Source: Blasia pusilla (taxonomy: Eukaryota). From it: a stretch of 64,000 nucleotides of DNA. Shown piece after piece: positions 27,924 to 40,800 of the stretch (the first letter of the stretch is position 1; each line of letters opens with the position of its first letter). Where the stretch lies: positions 46,810,001 through 46,874,000 of the forward strand of contig CM114271.1 in the NCBI GenBank assembly GCA_050084515.1, given 5' to 3'. The notes beneath the pieces are model-generated. The model searched no databases and was not told the origin of the DNA. It worked only from the letters and a program-made list of their open reading frames with translations. A program made the position numbers and the translations under genes.

Positions 27924-28826
27924 TTGTGGATTAAGGTGACTAGTTTTTATCTGAGGAACCTGGGATGGAATGGCATGGATGGAGCACGCATACTACTCAC
28001 GAAAAAAGTCGGTGTATATGGAAACTAGTGTCCAACCTTCTCATGGGCCGGGAAATTCCATGCCCTAAATTTTGCTAGAATTAGAGTGGTAGGAGCTTTT
28101 TCTTCTAAAAATATATAAATTTGATATTTTTAGAATCAAATGTGGTGTTGGTTATGTGAGAGCTCGTTCCTTCTTAAGAGGTGTTTTGGCACGACTGAAA
28201 AATATTATTAAAAAATCACACTAAATTTTGGGCGGAAAAAAAATACACTCAGGTTCTCTTCCTTTAGTCGAGTATCTCGCTTTATGGAAAAAAAAATACA
28301 CTCCGGATCTCTCCCTTTGATAGAGTGTCTCGCTTTGGTGGACCTTCTCTCTCTCTTTGCGGATGTCTTCTCTTCTCCTTCTAGCACTCTAGCATGAAAT
28401 AGTGAAGCCATTTTCACCTTGTGGAGCCTTCTTTATCAACCCTTCTTTATGAACTCTTCTTCATCACCCATATCATCTAGTTCAAAAATTCTTTCACATT
28501 TAATTGTACCACTTGAGACCTATTCAGGGCATCTCCGCCATGAGGCCCTCTAATGGGATACTTAATTAGAGAGCATCAAGTCACGCAAACCTAGTAGGCC
28601 CGGCCGTATTTTTCATTTTCCAAAGGAAGCCCAAATACGACCTTGGTAAACTTGCTCTCGGACCCAAAACCACAACGAACTAATGGTGATTCACCACCCT
28701 ACTTGATATGGTCGAAGCTTAAAGCGGGACTCCCCGGCTCCTCTCACATGCCATCCTACATTCAAAACCTCACCAAGAGCGAAGATTTTATATGTATCTA
28801 TTTTAATGTTTGATTTTCATTTGCAA

Positions 28827-28934
28827 CTAGTCAGGATCCATGCAATGCATGAGATTAAAATCATGGGGAAATTTTGAACTACGTACCATTTCAAGATTTA
28901 GGGAAAAAGGGGGGTTCTACGATTATAATATAGA
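28827..28934 (-). mobile_element. Miniature Helitron, 108 bp
   Basis: Minus strand reads A|TCTATATTATAATC ... CTCATGCATTGCATGGATCCTGA-CTAG|T. It has the same 5' 13-mer as 25533 and a CpG-decayed 3' hairpin. Confidence 0.7.
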
Positions 28935-29319
28935 TTTCCTTGTTGATTTGACACCTCCCCTTTTCAAGAGCTTCTTGAAATAATTTCCCCCTCTATTTCT
29001 ATCGTAGATTTATGGGAGAATTGGGACAAATTTGCTTGATAAATGGGGGCAGATTTCTTGGTTGGAGATTCTTGGTCTTATTTTATCTCATTGCTTGTTG
29101 AGGATATCTCCGCCACATCAACCCATATTTCCCATTCTCTTACAATCCTCATAGTCAAATGTGCGCTGATGCGGAGCATCACCAATCTAGTGGGCTCACA
29201 CGAGGATGGAAGCACGTCGGAATCTCTTAGATGAGACATGAGTTGCATGTAGAAGCAAGACACGAGCCTTGTTGGGCATCTCAAGTGATGATAGTTGTGA
29301 CCTAGTAGAACAAGAACAA

Positions 29320-29588
29320 ATGTCAAGGAGGACTTGAGAGGAGCTCAAGTCCCATAAGAGTAGGACATGGGGGGATTGCAGCCTGACTTGGAACTTGCCT
29401 AAAAGTCTAGGGCTTCTCCGTGTTTGAGATCATAACTACTAGATCCTAGATGCGTTTGGAATGAAAAAGGTGGCGTTGGAAATCTTATGAGAAGATGATT
29501 CTAACGCACTAAAGATCTAGACAAACACATGGGTAGAGATTGAGAAATCATCCCTAAGCTATCATAACGATAGTTGGGTTGCGGGCCA
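29320..29588 (+). mobile_element. LTR family D fragment
   Basis: GCGTTGGAAATCTTATG...ACGCACTAAAGATCTA...GTTGGGTT...GGGCCA matches 44770-45030. Confidence 0.65.
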
Positions 29589-30095
29589 TGTCATGCCTTT
29601 TAGCATAGATCGGTGAGATCTAGTATAGCCTCTTCTTGAGTAGTGGAGGATAAGCTCAGTAGGTCGAGGATGACCTGCTGAGGCCCCGAGAGCCATATTG
29701 AGGAACTTGCTATTTTAGGTTAGTACCATTTTGAGTATATGATCGACTTTCTATTTTGTTTTAGTGGCCCTTGATCTCCTACATCAGGTCAAGAGCCAAG
29801 GAGGTGACTTGGGAGCATAGGTTACCATGGAGAGAGCTTGGAAGAGGGGAGAGGTATACCTCAAGGAGAGAGAGCTTGAGAGCTGATTCTATTTTTGTTG
29901 AACCTCTTGGCATGAGGCGGCGGAGCTATGGTCTTACTTGCTTTGTGTGTGTTACCCAAGCCTCTCATTAGGAGAGTGGGTTTGGTTTGACATTGAGAGA
30001 GATATGTGAGAATGCACACATGTGAGAATTATGTTGTTGTGAAAGAAATTGGATCTTATTTTACAAAAAGGGAATAAGTGAGTGAGAGAGCTTCA
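29589..30095 (+). mobile_element. LTR family B variant, 3'-truncated
   Basis: TGTCATGCCTTTTAGCATAGATCGG start; colinear with 14497 and 46695. Confidence 0.85.
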
Positions 30096-30099
30096 TTGT

Positions 30100-30449
30100 A
30101 ACTCTCCAACTCACGGAACCACTCTAGAGTTGCTCAAATGTAGAATGCCCTCAAGGCCTCTCCTCTTCCTTTATATACTTAGAGATAGGTACAATGAAGA
30201 AAAATTAGCTCTACCTATCCTTATGCCACATGTCTTACTCTCATAGCATGAGAGGATCTCCTTTGGAGTCTAATGTCTCAACCTCATCTTCCTCAACCTT
30301 ATCCTTATCTTCCTTTTTACCAACCTATGGCCCCACTCTCATCTTTATCTCATGTATCTCGTCTTTTCTCTTTTTGTTTGATTCTTTCCCACTTATGCGG
30401 TTCATGTCATAGACTCTACTTAACTATGATTAACAAAGGATGGTTAAAT
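30100..30449 (-). mobile_element. LTR family E fragment
   Basis: Reverse complement resembles 50716-51085 (GAGCTAATTT.TCTTCATTGTAC.TATCTCTAAGTA...GGCCT.GAG.GCATT). Confidence 0.65.
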
Positions 30450-31590
30450 TCATGGGGGCGAGAGTTTTGGACTTAAGGAGCATCATGTCGAGTGCCTCGG
30501 GTTATCTAGCGACGTCAAAGGCAAATTTGAAGAAGTTTCTTTGCATGATTGTGCAATATATGTGCAAGCAAAGCATGCTTTTGTGTGATGTATGGATGGA
30601 CCAACCAAGATAAATTACAAGCTCATCCGAAATGCCATTATGATAGAGTTTCGTAATGGAGCTACGATAATTTGGAGTACATGCAAATAATGACTGGCGA
30701 GTTTACTTTTGATTTTTGTCATTGCATGACAATAATGACCTGCAATATAGTGCATGGGGATTTTGAGTTAGAGAGGAGGAGCATGAGGCATGGGTATCGG
30801 CTACATATACACCAACTACAATTGAGCTTCATAGATATCTATCCAATGGAGGGATTTGGCACCAGATGGAAACACGTGGAGAGAATAGGTGGATTGACAT
30901 ATGTTGGTGGTCTGGTGGAGGCGTGGCGTTGACCTTAGACACGAAAGGAAGCACATTCCTTCAAGTGGGGAGGAGATCTAGATGAGGCATTTTGACATGC
31001 CTTTGTAAGTATCTCTTACTTGTAGTCTTCACTTGGATGCACTCCCGACTTTGAGCTTTGCAAGTAGAAGACTTAGATTGAGTCCTAGATACTCAACAAG
31101 TTGTGCATTCCGTAAATATCCAAGAAGCTTCCAAGTGATCATTTAATCAAGTCTCCCAAAATGCATATAATCTCCCAAGGAAGCCTCTTCCCCAAGCCTT
31201 GACCAATATCCTTAGGTGGCTTGCCTAACCCGGAGTGTATCGGTTCATTCCTTAAGGTATGTCACTTAGCTCAAACTTGAAACACTACCAAATACGCATC
31301 ATAGTTAGTTCATGGTTGAAGGGCTTGAGTGGATATAGAAGGAGAGTGCCCCCTATAGGTACTTCAAGGATTCTTGGGGGAAATCCACCTTCCCCATTAT
31401 TCACCTTAAGCCTAAACATGGTTGGCAACCCTCGGACCAGCGTTTGCCTAATTATCCAACAAGATGGTTTGTAGAGGCTTCTTGTAGCTTATGCAACTCT
31501 GGGCCCCCCAAATGCATCTGGGATCTTGGACCCATGTTTCGTGTGTCTCATGACTAGCGCCCATCTTGATTCCCCATCTGGCATCCCATG

Positions 31591-32193
31591 TGTCACATAT
31601 TAGTTTGACGTAGATAGAGTTCTATCGCGTCGACGACATAGAGATTCAATGGGCTTTTCAGGTGTAACTTTGTCCTGAGAAGTCGGATGAGGTTGGCAAT
31701 AGATCTATTATGTCGAGAATGTCGTTTATGGCAATTTCCGTGTTTTTTTGTTAGTCCGTCAGATGACCCGTTGATTGAGTCAGCAGTCATCCAGTAACCT
31801 ATGCGAGCGTTGGGGGAAGAGCCTTTTGGCTCTTCCCAAGGGTATAAGAGTGAGAGAGATGGCTTTCTCAAGCCACCTTTCTCATGTTGAGCCTTTGGAG
31901 CACCTCTTTTGCATAGACGTGTGTGGGTGTGGAGGAGTTAGGATGCTAGCATCCAGATTCTCTCATAGCAGAGGGTGGATGTGATTTGATATACCGATAT
32001 AGATTCATAGTGGAGTTTTAGGCCATGTGAGCCATTTTTACTACTTAGATTTGTTTGTGGGATCTCGGTGTATATGCCTGAGTAAATTTCATTTATGTGT
32101 GGATCTACCTGTATGTTGGGGAAGATCGGTGTTGTGTGGTGTGTAGATATGACTAGAAATGTGGGTTGTGTAGTGATGTGTATGCGCATGACA
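31591..32193 (+). mobile_element. Solo LTR family A
   Basis: TGTCACAT...GTATGCGCATGACA with 4-bp TSD CATG. Confidence 0.92.
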
Positions 32194-32710
32194 CATGGTT
32201 GTCTTGCCGCTTGTTATGTTTTGTGACTAGTCTCGTGGCGTCTCGCCCATCTTAACTACTCACTTGTTCCTTGCTTCTCACCATTGACTTGGTACTTGGC
32301 TGCAAAGTCTCAAACCTTGTTTGCCTTGCATTTTTTCCAACAAGTAGCTATCCCCTTTCTCACTTAAGGCTAGTCATAAGACACATGCGCGTCTCACCTA
32401 GCGATAGTTCGGTGGCTCGTTCCGCCATCTTTCCCAGTATCATGACTAGAGTTCTTGAAACTTTAGTGGTGATTCTTATATAGTGCCTTAAAAAATATTA
32501 TTTTCAAAAAAGGTACTAACTCCATTTTTCATTTATGGTGCAACATGATATGGCGCATCTTGATGATGGCAAGGTGGATGAGGACCAATGATAAATGTGT
32601 GTGCCAAAGTCAAGTGGCTTGAATCCATACATAGGAATGGATCGGGTTGTTGGCCATGGAGAGGACTATTCAAATGATGGCTCCTATAGCAAGAAGGAGG
32701 ATGAGGACGA

Positions 32711-35649
32711 TGTCGTGCGAATTGTCACATCTGAGTAGCCGATAGGCCGAGATCTATCGTGGATAAGGCGTAGGAGCCAGCGGACTATCTTGAGTATAAC
32801 TTTTTCCCACAGTGTCGGATGAGGTTGAGGATAGGCCCATTGTGTCAGGAACGTCGTTTCTGACGACTTTCATGTTGAGGTCTTTTACAGTCGGATGACT
32901 TGTTGACCAGGTCATCTGCCCCTGGTAACTTGTGCGCGCAGGTTACCAAGGGAAGGGCTATTTTTAGGAGAAGAGCCTTTTGGCTCTTCCCAACCTATAT
33001 AAGAGAGGAAGATGGCTTTCCTAAGCCATCTTTCTCATGTTGGGCCGTTGGAGCACCTCCCTTGTATGTGTGTGAGCTAGGACTAGGGTGCTAGCGTCCG
33101 GATTCCTTGATAGCACAGGGTGGACGAGGCTCGATATGCCGATGTAGATTGAGGAGTGGAGTTTTAGGCCGGGTGTGCCGTTTTTACTACTCTTTATTTT
33201 TGTTGAGTGATCTCCATGTATATGTATGAGTTCATTTTTGTACATGTGTGGATCGACCCGTGTGTGGGGAAGATCGGTGTTGTGTGGTGTAGATGTGACG
33301 AGCGATGTATGTTGTGTAGCGATATGTATGCGCACGACAGAATACACATTTCTGCCAACATACATCGATTGTCATGCACACACATGTCTAAGATCCATCT
33401 AGCTATGAATCCTAACATCTCTACATATGAACAACTGGACAACCCCAATTTCAGTTCCAATTTCTCACTCCTCCCTCTCTACTTCAGACGCCGCGCCGCG
33501 CCTGATAGAAAGAGTTGCGCCCACTTAAACAAGCCGCGGAATAGGAACCACAGTTCTGATTCTTCCTCCTTCCACTCGCCACGCCCCACTTGAGAATCTG
33601 CGGAATGGGAACTTGAGTTCGGATTCTTCTCTCCTTCCTCTGGACGCCATGCTGAAATAGAGAGTGTTGGCAACCTCACTTCTGGGGTCCATGCCAAAAG
33701 GGATGAGAACTTCACTTCCGATTGCTTTCACTATCCTCTCCATCTGCCTGTAGAGAGAACCCAACACAACTGAGGAGCGGAATGGGAACTAGAGTTCCCA
33801 TAGCCTCCTTCCTATCCTTCCCACCTTCTTGTAGAGAAGACCCACAAGCGAAGAACGGAATGGGAACTGAAGTTCCAATTGCCTCACTTCACTTCCCTAC
33901 GCCGCCGCACTGTGCCATGCCATAGTAATCAACTGCAGTTGAGACACCCCACTGTTCTCCAACTAAGAGAGAATTGGAACTGGACTTCCAAATCCTCCTT
34001 GTTACTCCCGCCGTGCCAATCTTTGCTACGTCTTTGAGATGACCACCATGCAGTTCAACCACGCCTCCGCTCAACTGTGCTCGAAATGGAACTTGAGTTC
34101 CAAATCCCTTTTGCAACTCCTTGTTACCCTTGCCGCGCTGTGTCGTGTCGTGCCCTTCTGATGACTCATCCCTTGTTGCTAAATCAGAACTTCAGTTCCG
34201 ATTCCCACTTTGCGGCTCTGCTCCAAACTGCCTCTTGGGAGGGCTCTCTTGAATTGGAACTTAAGTTCTCATGCCTCCCTCAACTCCACCAACTCCTTCT
34301 CAACCTCCTCACTCCTTCTCACTTTCCAAACAAGGGCTAAGTATTGATGCCTCGCACAACAGCTCCAGCGTTGCTCGCTTGCCCTTTCCACATCGGTGAT
34401 CCACTCATCTCAAAGAATCTATGCGCTTGTAGGGAATCTTTCTCAAATCCGCTCCATTTTTTGTCTGGTTTTCACAATTGGACTAAGTTTTTTGCGAGCT
34501 TTCCAATGGCAAATTCAGATCTCACAAAATCTTGCTCAATCAAACACCATTGTGCCCTCCTTACATTTTCTTCTTGCTTGATTTTCCTCCTACCCAAAAT
34601 TCATCCGATTTGGTTTAGAATCAAACACACGTCACTCAAAATCAGCAACAAAGTGCCCATGCACTTGCTGATTTGCCCACACTCAATCAAGTCACAATTG
34701 ACACTGATTTCCTCACCAAAATTGTCTCAAGAACTCCATGCCTACAGTTTGATCCTTAATTGCTCCATTCTTGAGCAACTCCACCAGGATTGAGAAGCCT
34801 CCCCCTCTTCAAATCCTGTCAAATCTGTCACATTGCACTGATTTCTCAATTTTGAACATCTCACTTCGATTTCAGTAATTCTTTTGCCCCATGTCCTCCA
34901 ACACGGTCAAGATACACTAGCTTGCAATTCCTACAAACCCCACAGCACCACAATTGTGCTCTACATCACAAATTGAGTCCGGGTTTCTCTTCTATTGAGA
35001 ACCAGCGTGCATCTCCTTAGGATATAAAGTTGAATACGTACTGTAAGCTCTGATGAAATCTGCAATGAACTGTGCTTCATCCAAACAACCATATTCGTGA
35101 ATCAGATACACATTGGTATAACAACAAGAGAAAGTATACACAAGGATTTCCAAAATATGTGATCTTCTTATTGATCACTCCTAGCACACTCTTCAAGAGA
35201 GAATCCAGGCTCAATATATGCAAGCCGCGCTATATCACAAATCCCAACAAGGGTCTGCAGTACTAAGGAGATGAGCTCCAAATGAGCCTGATCCAAGGTA
35301 TAACCCCTTGGGCCCCTCTATGGGTGACCTGTACACACAAGTCACCTCCCTCTTAGCACGTCACTACCCACCTGTAGTACACACCTACTAGCTCCTTAAC
35401 AAATATACATGTGGTCCCCTAATGAGACCAACTACCAACTAACCCACGATCCTATAATCCAAATGGAGCCATACATGGTTGGGAAGGTCAACCTTTCCAA
35501 GGTTGCCACTCCTCATAAAAAGTATGGGTGACCTATACTCGTAGGTCACCTCCTAAGAGCACGTCACGTATGACCTCTCAAAATAGGGAAGTACAAGACC
35601 CCTCTAAGGCCTTGATATTATCTCGCCCTACGCCTCATCTACCATGACA
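32711..35649 (-). mobile_element. Long solo LTR family C (about 2.3 kb net of the nested insertion)
   Basis: Minus strand starts TGTCATGGTAGATGAGG at 35649 and ends ...TTCGCACGACA at 32711; 4-bp TSD ACGA (32707-32710 and 35650-35653). Confidence 0.85.
32723..33339 (+). mobile_element. Solo LTR family A variant nested 12 bp inside the end of LTR-C
   Basis: TGTCACATC...TATGCGCACGACA with 4-bp TSD GAAT. Confidence 0.92.
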
Positions 35650-36923
35650 ACGAAGACGAGGATGATGCGGAGATCCCACTTACAAAGCGTCTAGCGACTC
35701 TAAGGCATAGTATGAGGCCCTTATAAAATAGTGCACCAAATGGATGCTTGGAGCCTAATATCTATAGCATAATAGGTGTCGCCACATCAAATCCGGAAAA
35801 AACTCTATTAAGGCAACTATTAGAAGTGGCCAAATGTAAGTGACGGAGGCATGCTTCCATTAGGACTTCTTCGAGTGCTAGACCTTCTACAAGTCTAGCA
35901 CAACCCCGCATGTGTGGTAGATTAGGTGCATCCAACAACAGAGATATGATTTGTGACATGAGGGTCACATTTGTACAAAATTTGCTTATAAATATGTATA
36001 GACAAATATCTCCATTCTTGCATCATTAGGCTTGTGTTATTGGAATGTTGACGAGAATGGTGAATGAATGGAATGGGGTTTAATAAATTTCTATTGCATT
36101 TAATTTAGATGAGTTAGAAAATTCAGAAATTTATAAAATTGATGTATTTTGGAAAATGAAAATTTGTAGATACATCGTGGTTGAATTATGAGTTACACTT
36201 GAGATTTAGTTGCATTGTTTACGAATCCAATCAAGTTCATTGTGGCTTGATTGCATACCAACTACGAGCTAATTGTAAGTTATTGGAAGTGTTATAAAAT
36301 ATAAGTTTGGAGCCGCAAATTAAACTATGAGTTGGATTTAGAGTTTTGAGAATCAATTACGAGTGCGGCATTTGCAACATTTTGGCTCTTGGGACTTGCA
36401 AAATCGCTCCAAAGGTAGTAGTGAAATCCACCCTCAATGTGAGGGAATCCTGTCCTAATGCACTTCAGGAACACCCTGCCCAAGCGCATACTTGGAAGGC
36501 TCACTTGTGGAAAGATGAGCCTCTCCAAGTTGGAATACTCATCAAAGGTTTGAGGCTCTTCCGTATCAAACACATATCCTCATTTTCAACTTCTTCATGT
36601 TCAAAGTCTTCCCTTTGTGTGCTCCCTATCAAGGTTATCCCAATGTACCCAACCATAGGTGTTATTTGATGTTTCTAGAGGAACAATAGCCATCATTCAA
36701 CCTTCATTTGGTGCATGCATGGGCGAGTACACACCTCTTACCAAAGGAACCAATAAAAATGGAACCTCTTGCACCTCATTAAATTCCCAAGTAGAGTCAT
36801 CCTTATTGTACCCAATCATGTATCCCTCTTAAATCTAAAGGTACTCTCTATCTCCCTTGTCATCCAACAAGATCACCAACATAAAATGAGGCCCTCAACT
36901 TTCTAAGGACTCTCTAAGAAATG

Positions 36924-37200
36924 TGTCGTGCGCCCATTCCTCTTGAACGTTGCTCTTATATATATTGTAGAAGCTTACATTTATTAGGTCATGCTCTGCT
37001 TACTGATCTACACCTAAACATACTCACATTAGCCAGTTTTTGGATCAACCAATCTTACATCTCCCAAATTGTGGATTCAGACTATCCTTCAAGATCAACA
37101 AATGTAAGCGTGATCAAATACACACCTAACTCTTCTCTCCCTAATACAAGCAAGTCCTTCAAGTCTTGGGACATACTTCCTTGATAGTCTAGGAACCTAA
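36924..37200 (-). mobile_element. LTR family D fragment
   Basis: TGTCGTGCGCCCATTCCTCTTGAACGT resembles the end of the LTR at 48469; diverged and truncated. Confidence 0.6.
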
Positions 37201-37516
37201 AACAACGTTAACACGCATGGCGGTCCCAACTTTATGATGTACCTCGAATGAGTCTCTAGTTGGGACCCAATAGTTGAGTCATGGGTCAAGGTCCAAGATT
37301 GATATCCGTAATCCATCCCCTTGGACTTGGCTTGGTATCCACACCCTCTAGCCAACCTTTTGATCTACCTTGTGCCATTGGTTTACCCTCACGATTCCCC
37401 AAGGCGGGGATTGGGTTCTAGACTCCCTTGGAGACCCTTCCCCTTATATATAGTTCTTGTGGTCTCCACCCCCTCCCTACCTTTCGGGAAAGTTCTTTTG
37501 GGCCGCTCCTTGTGGC

Positions 37517-37590
37517 TATCGTGCGCATACCTATCGCTACACATACATCGCTCTCACCAAACATACACACAAACACGCATGATCCCATGC
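37517..37590 (-). mobile_element. 3' end of LTR family B closing the gypsy pol element
   Basis: Minus strand GCATGGGATCATGCGTGTTTGTG...GTATGCGCACGATA matches 15048-15120. Confidence 0.85.
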
Positions 37591-37856
37591 ATCCTCAGAC
37601 AACTTTGCTCAGCTACTCCTAAGGTGAAAATCCATGTCAAGCATTTCAGGTCCATCGCCTGACCCAAGACATGACGTCGTGATGCCTCTGATAGTAACGG
37701 TACTGCCATCACTCCTGTGGGGAATCCCATTGGGCGCTCTTGCTCATCAGCGTTGGGCTCCACCAACCTTTGTACTTGGTAATCCCAAACCAAGCGAGGT
37801 CCGATCTCCTTGAATGCATAGGAAGCGAGAAAACTCACCAATGTGGGAAAGGTTGC
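37591..37856 (-). pseudogene. C-terminal fragment of a C5 cytosine DNA methyltransferase (DNMT3/DRM-like motifs IX-X) within the retrotransposon
   Basis: ATFPTLVSFLASYAF...LVWD...RLVEPNADEQERPMGFPTGVMAVPLLSEASRRHVLGQAMDLKCLTW shows the E.E..(M/L)GFP...(T)...S...R...LG.(A/S) spacing of motifs IX and X. Recognised by eye only. Confidence 0.72.
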
Positions 37857-40800
37857 CCATGGCCTGCAGTCATATCCAATGTTGTGGGTGCCGTCTGCTG
37901 CAAGTAGACATAGTCTCCCTGATAAAACCTACGGATAGTAGATCGATAACCACCTCCCCGAATAGTCGCATACCTCAACGTATCCCGATGTGCGCAATTG
38001 CCAACTTCTTAAACGTCATGGACATCACTCTCTGAAATAACTGAGACCTCTGAGAACATGCTCGCATCCATACATCAAGTTCATCAAGTTTCAACACCTC
38101 ACCAACATCTCGATGAATGGACGGAGGTAAATCTAGCTCTCGGCCATACAAAAGCAAGTACGGTGAGAAAGACGCTAAGGATACTTGTCTGCTGAATATG
38201 TATCCCATCGCCAACCATGGCAATTGGAGGTCCCAATCTCCTAGGTGACCTCTTTGCAAGCCATGCTTGCGTAATCCTCTCTTTACTGTCTACAAAACCC
38301 TCTCCACTAGTCCATCAGCTTCAGGGTGATCTCGTGAAGTGGTGCGGTGGTCGATTAGTGCCTTCTCACACAAGGCCTGAAACTCCCCATAAAACTCTGT
38401 ACCCTGGTATATCAACATCTCAGCTGGTGCACTGTAATGACTCAACACTTGATCTAGGAAGGCATACGCTACTCCCTCACTCACTTTGTCATGCAATATA
38501 ACCAACTCTATGCACTTCGAGAAGTGCTCGACCATCACCAACACATAACAACTATGGCGCTCCGTCAAAGGCAAAGGTCCTGCAAAATCCAAACTCCATC
38601 TATTACCTAAATCCATGATCGGAAGTAGATGAAACTGTGGATTCGGAGCATTGAATGATGCTCGGACTCAATCACACACCATGCATTTGGCAACAAACTG
38701 TTGAACGTCAGTCTGCATGCCTCGCCACCAATACTAAATCTGGAGCAAGCTGTACGTCCGCTTCACTCCAAAATGACCCAACTCCTTGTGGGCATGACGC
38801 ACCAAACGTGCTCTTTGCAAAGGATGAGGCACTACACGCACTCTACCATCCTCCCACACTCGCAACACATGTGTGCCCTCCCACCAAAACCATCTAAGTC
38901 GTTGTAGGATCCGATCCCGCTCTCTAGCACTCACTGTGCTCGCGACGCTGCCAGTATGCAAGTACTCCAAGATCACTCCATCATCGTGAATGTCTCGGCC
39001 ACCTGTCGTCTCCTCACCGGCCTCTGGATCTAAGAACTCCATCAGACCTCGCTATCGAAGTCTCAGAAATCTGGCTCACCATAGCCAACAAGCCCAAATA
39101 GGCTGATGCATGCCATCCTAGCACCAACTCCTCATCACTCTCACCATGCCAACGAGCTCCAATCACATCGCGCTGACTCGGGCCTGGATTACGACTCAAA
39201 CCATATGCATCCAAGTTTAGCATCCCAGATCTATGCACCACCTGGAAGTCATACTCCTGCAACAAAAGAGCCCATCTTGCAAGCTTCCCTGTAAGCTTGT
39301 CAAACTTTATCAACCACTTAAGTGGCTGATGATTATTAATATTGGTAAAGGGATTGCCAAATAGATAACATCTGAAATGTGCAATAGCCCAAACTGCAAC
39401 CAAGCACTCACCCTCATACAAGCTATAATTCGCCTCTGCATCGTTGTTTGAGCGACTAGCGTAAGCCACCATGAACTCTCTACCATCATCTTCATGTTGG
39501 GTGAGCATGGCTCCAAGCCCCAACATGCTCTAATCGGTATGCAACTCGAAAGGATGCCCCATAATCGGTCTCCTCAATATGGGCGCAGATGTCAATCTGC
39601 CCTTGTGCATGTGAAATGCTCTCTCTTGCTCATCCTCCCAGTGCCACTCCTGATCCATCTTGATCATCAAGGTTAGTGGCGTCGCAATCGAAGTGAAACC
39701 CTTGACGTACCGTCCATAGAAGTTTGCCAATCCCATGAATGCACAAACTCGACTCACACCTATAGGGTGTGGAATGCGTGAAATAGCCTCTACCTTCGTT
39801 TGTTGCACACCAAGGCCCCCTGGGTATATCGTATGACCCAAGTACTCTATCTGGCCGTAGAAGAACTTGCACTTGCCTAGATGTAGCTTCAGCCCATGTA
39901 ACTGCAATCGTCGAAACACCTCCTCTAGATGTCGCTCATGCTCCTCAACCGTGGCGCTAAAGACTATGATGTCATCAATATAATACCTAGCAAAATCCAG
40001 ACCTGCCAAGATCTTATCCATGACCCTCTGAAATTCAACGGGGCATTCTTTAACCCGAATGGTAAGAACCGCCATTGGTACAAACAATCCTTCCCGTCAG
40101 GATTGATGCCCCAAAATATCATCTTCTGCTTGTCCTCCAATCTAATAGGCAGTTGATGGTATCTGGCTCGCAAATCCAATGAATTGAAGACCTTTGCATG
40201 CACAATCGCATCAAAGCTCTCCTCAGGGATAGAAATGGCATACCTATCAAACTTCGTTTTCCGATTGATAGGTCGGTAATTTTCACACATCCGCCTATCC
40301 GTCTAGTTGCCATGCACATCCTTCTTGGCGGGCATGATAGTGGCAGATGCATACTGACCCGTCACACTCTGATGCAAACGTCTCGCTCCACGTGGTCTGC
40401 ACATGCTCAGTGGCTAAGCGTCGGAGCTCCTCAGTCGAGCCCCAAAGCGGCGCCTCTCCTCCACGGACTGATGCGGCTACCATGACATTCCTCTCCATAG
40501 AAATGTCAGGAACGGGAGTATCCTCTACATGGACATGTCCCTCAATCAAATCACTAGGCCAAGTGATGGCACTACTAAATGATGCTAAGGTCACCATCTC
40601 TCCCGGCCGTCGCTCGATCAGTGCACCTGTAAATCGAACAGGTAATGAGCTAAGGCGCCCATCACTTGATTGCCATCCTGGTCTATAGGACGCTGACTCC
40701 TCCCAGTATTCCAGGGAAAATCTCATCGGATATAACACTGCTCCACCAACCAAGATATCGTAGGACTCTACATCAATCACTATCGCCTTGGCTCGCACCA

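Noticed and set aside
33450-34270. CRISPR-like look of the spaced palindromes
   Set aside because: Repeats are only about 14 bp and degenerate, spacing is irregular, the context is a eukaryotic LTR and no cas genes are present.
36280-36900. Possible Ulp1-like or other coding remnant on the minus strand
   Set aside because: Too decayed to assign any motif with confidence.
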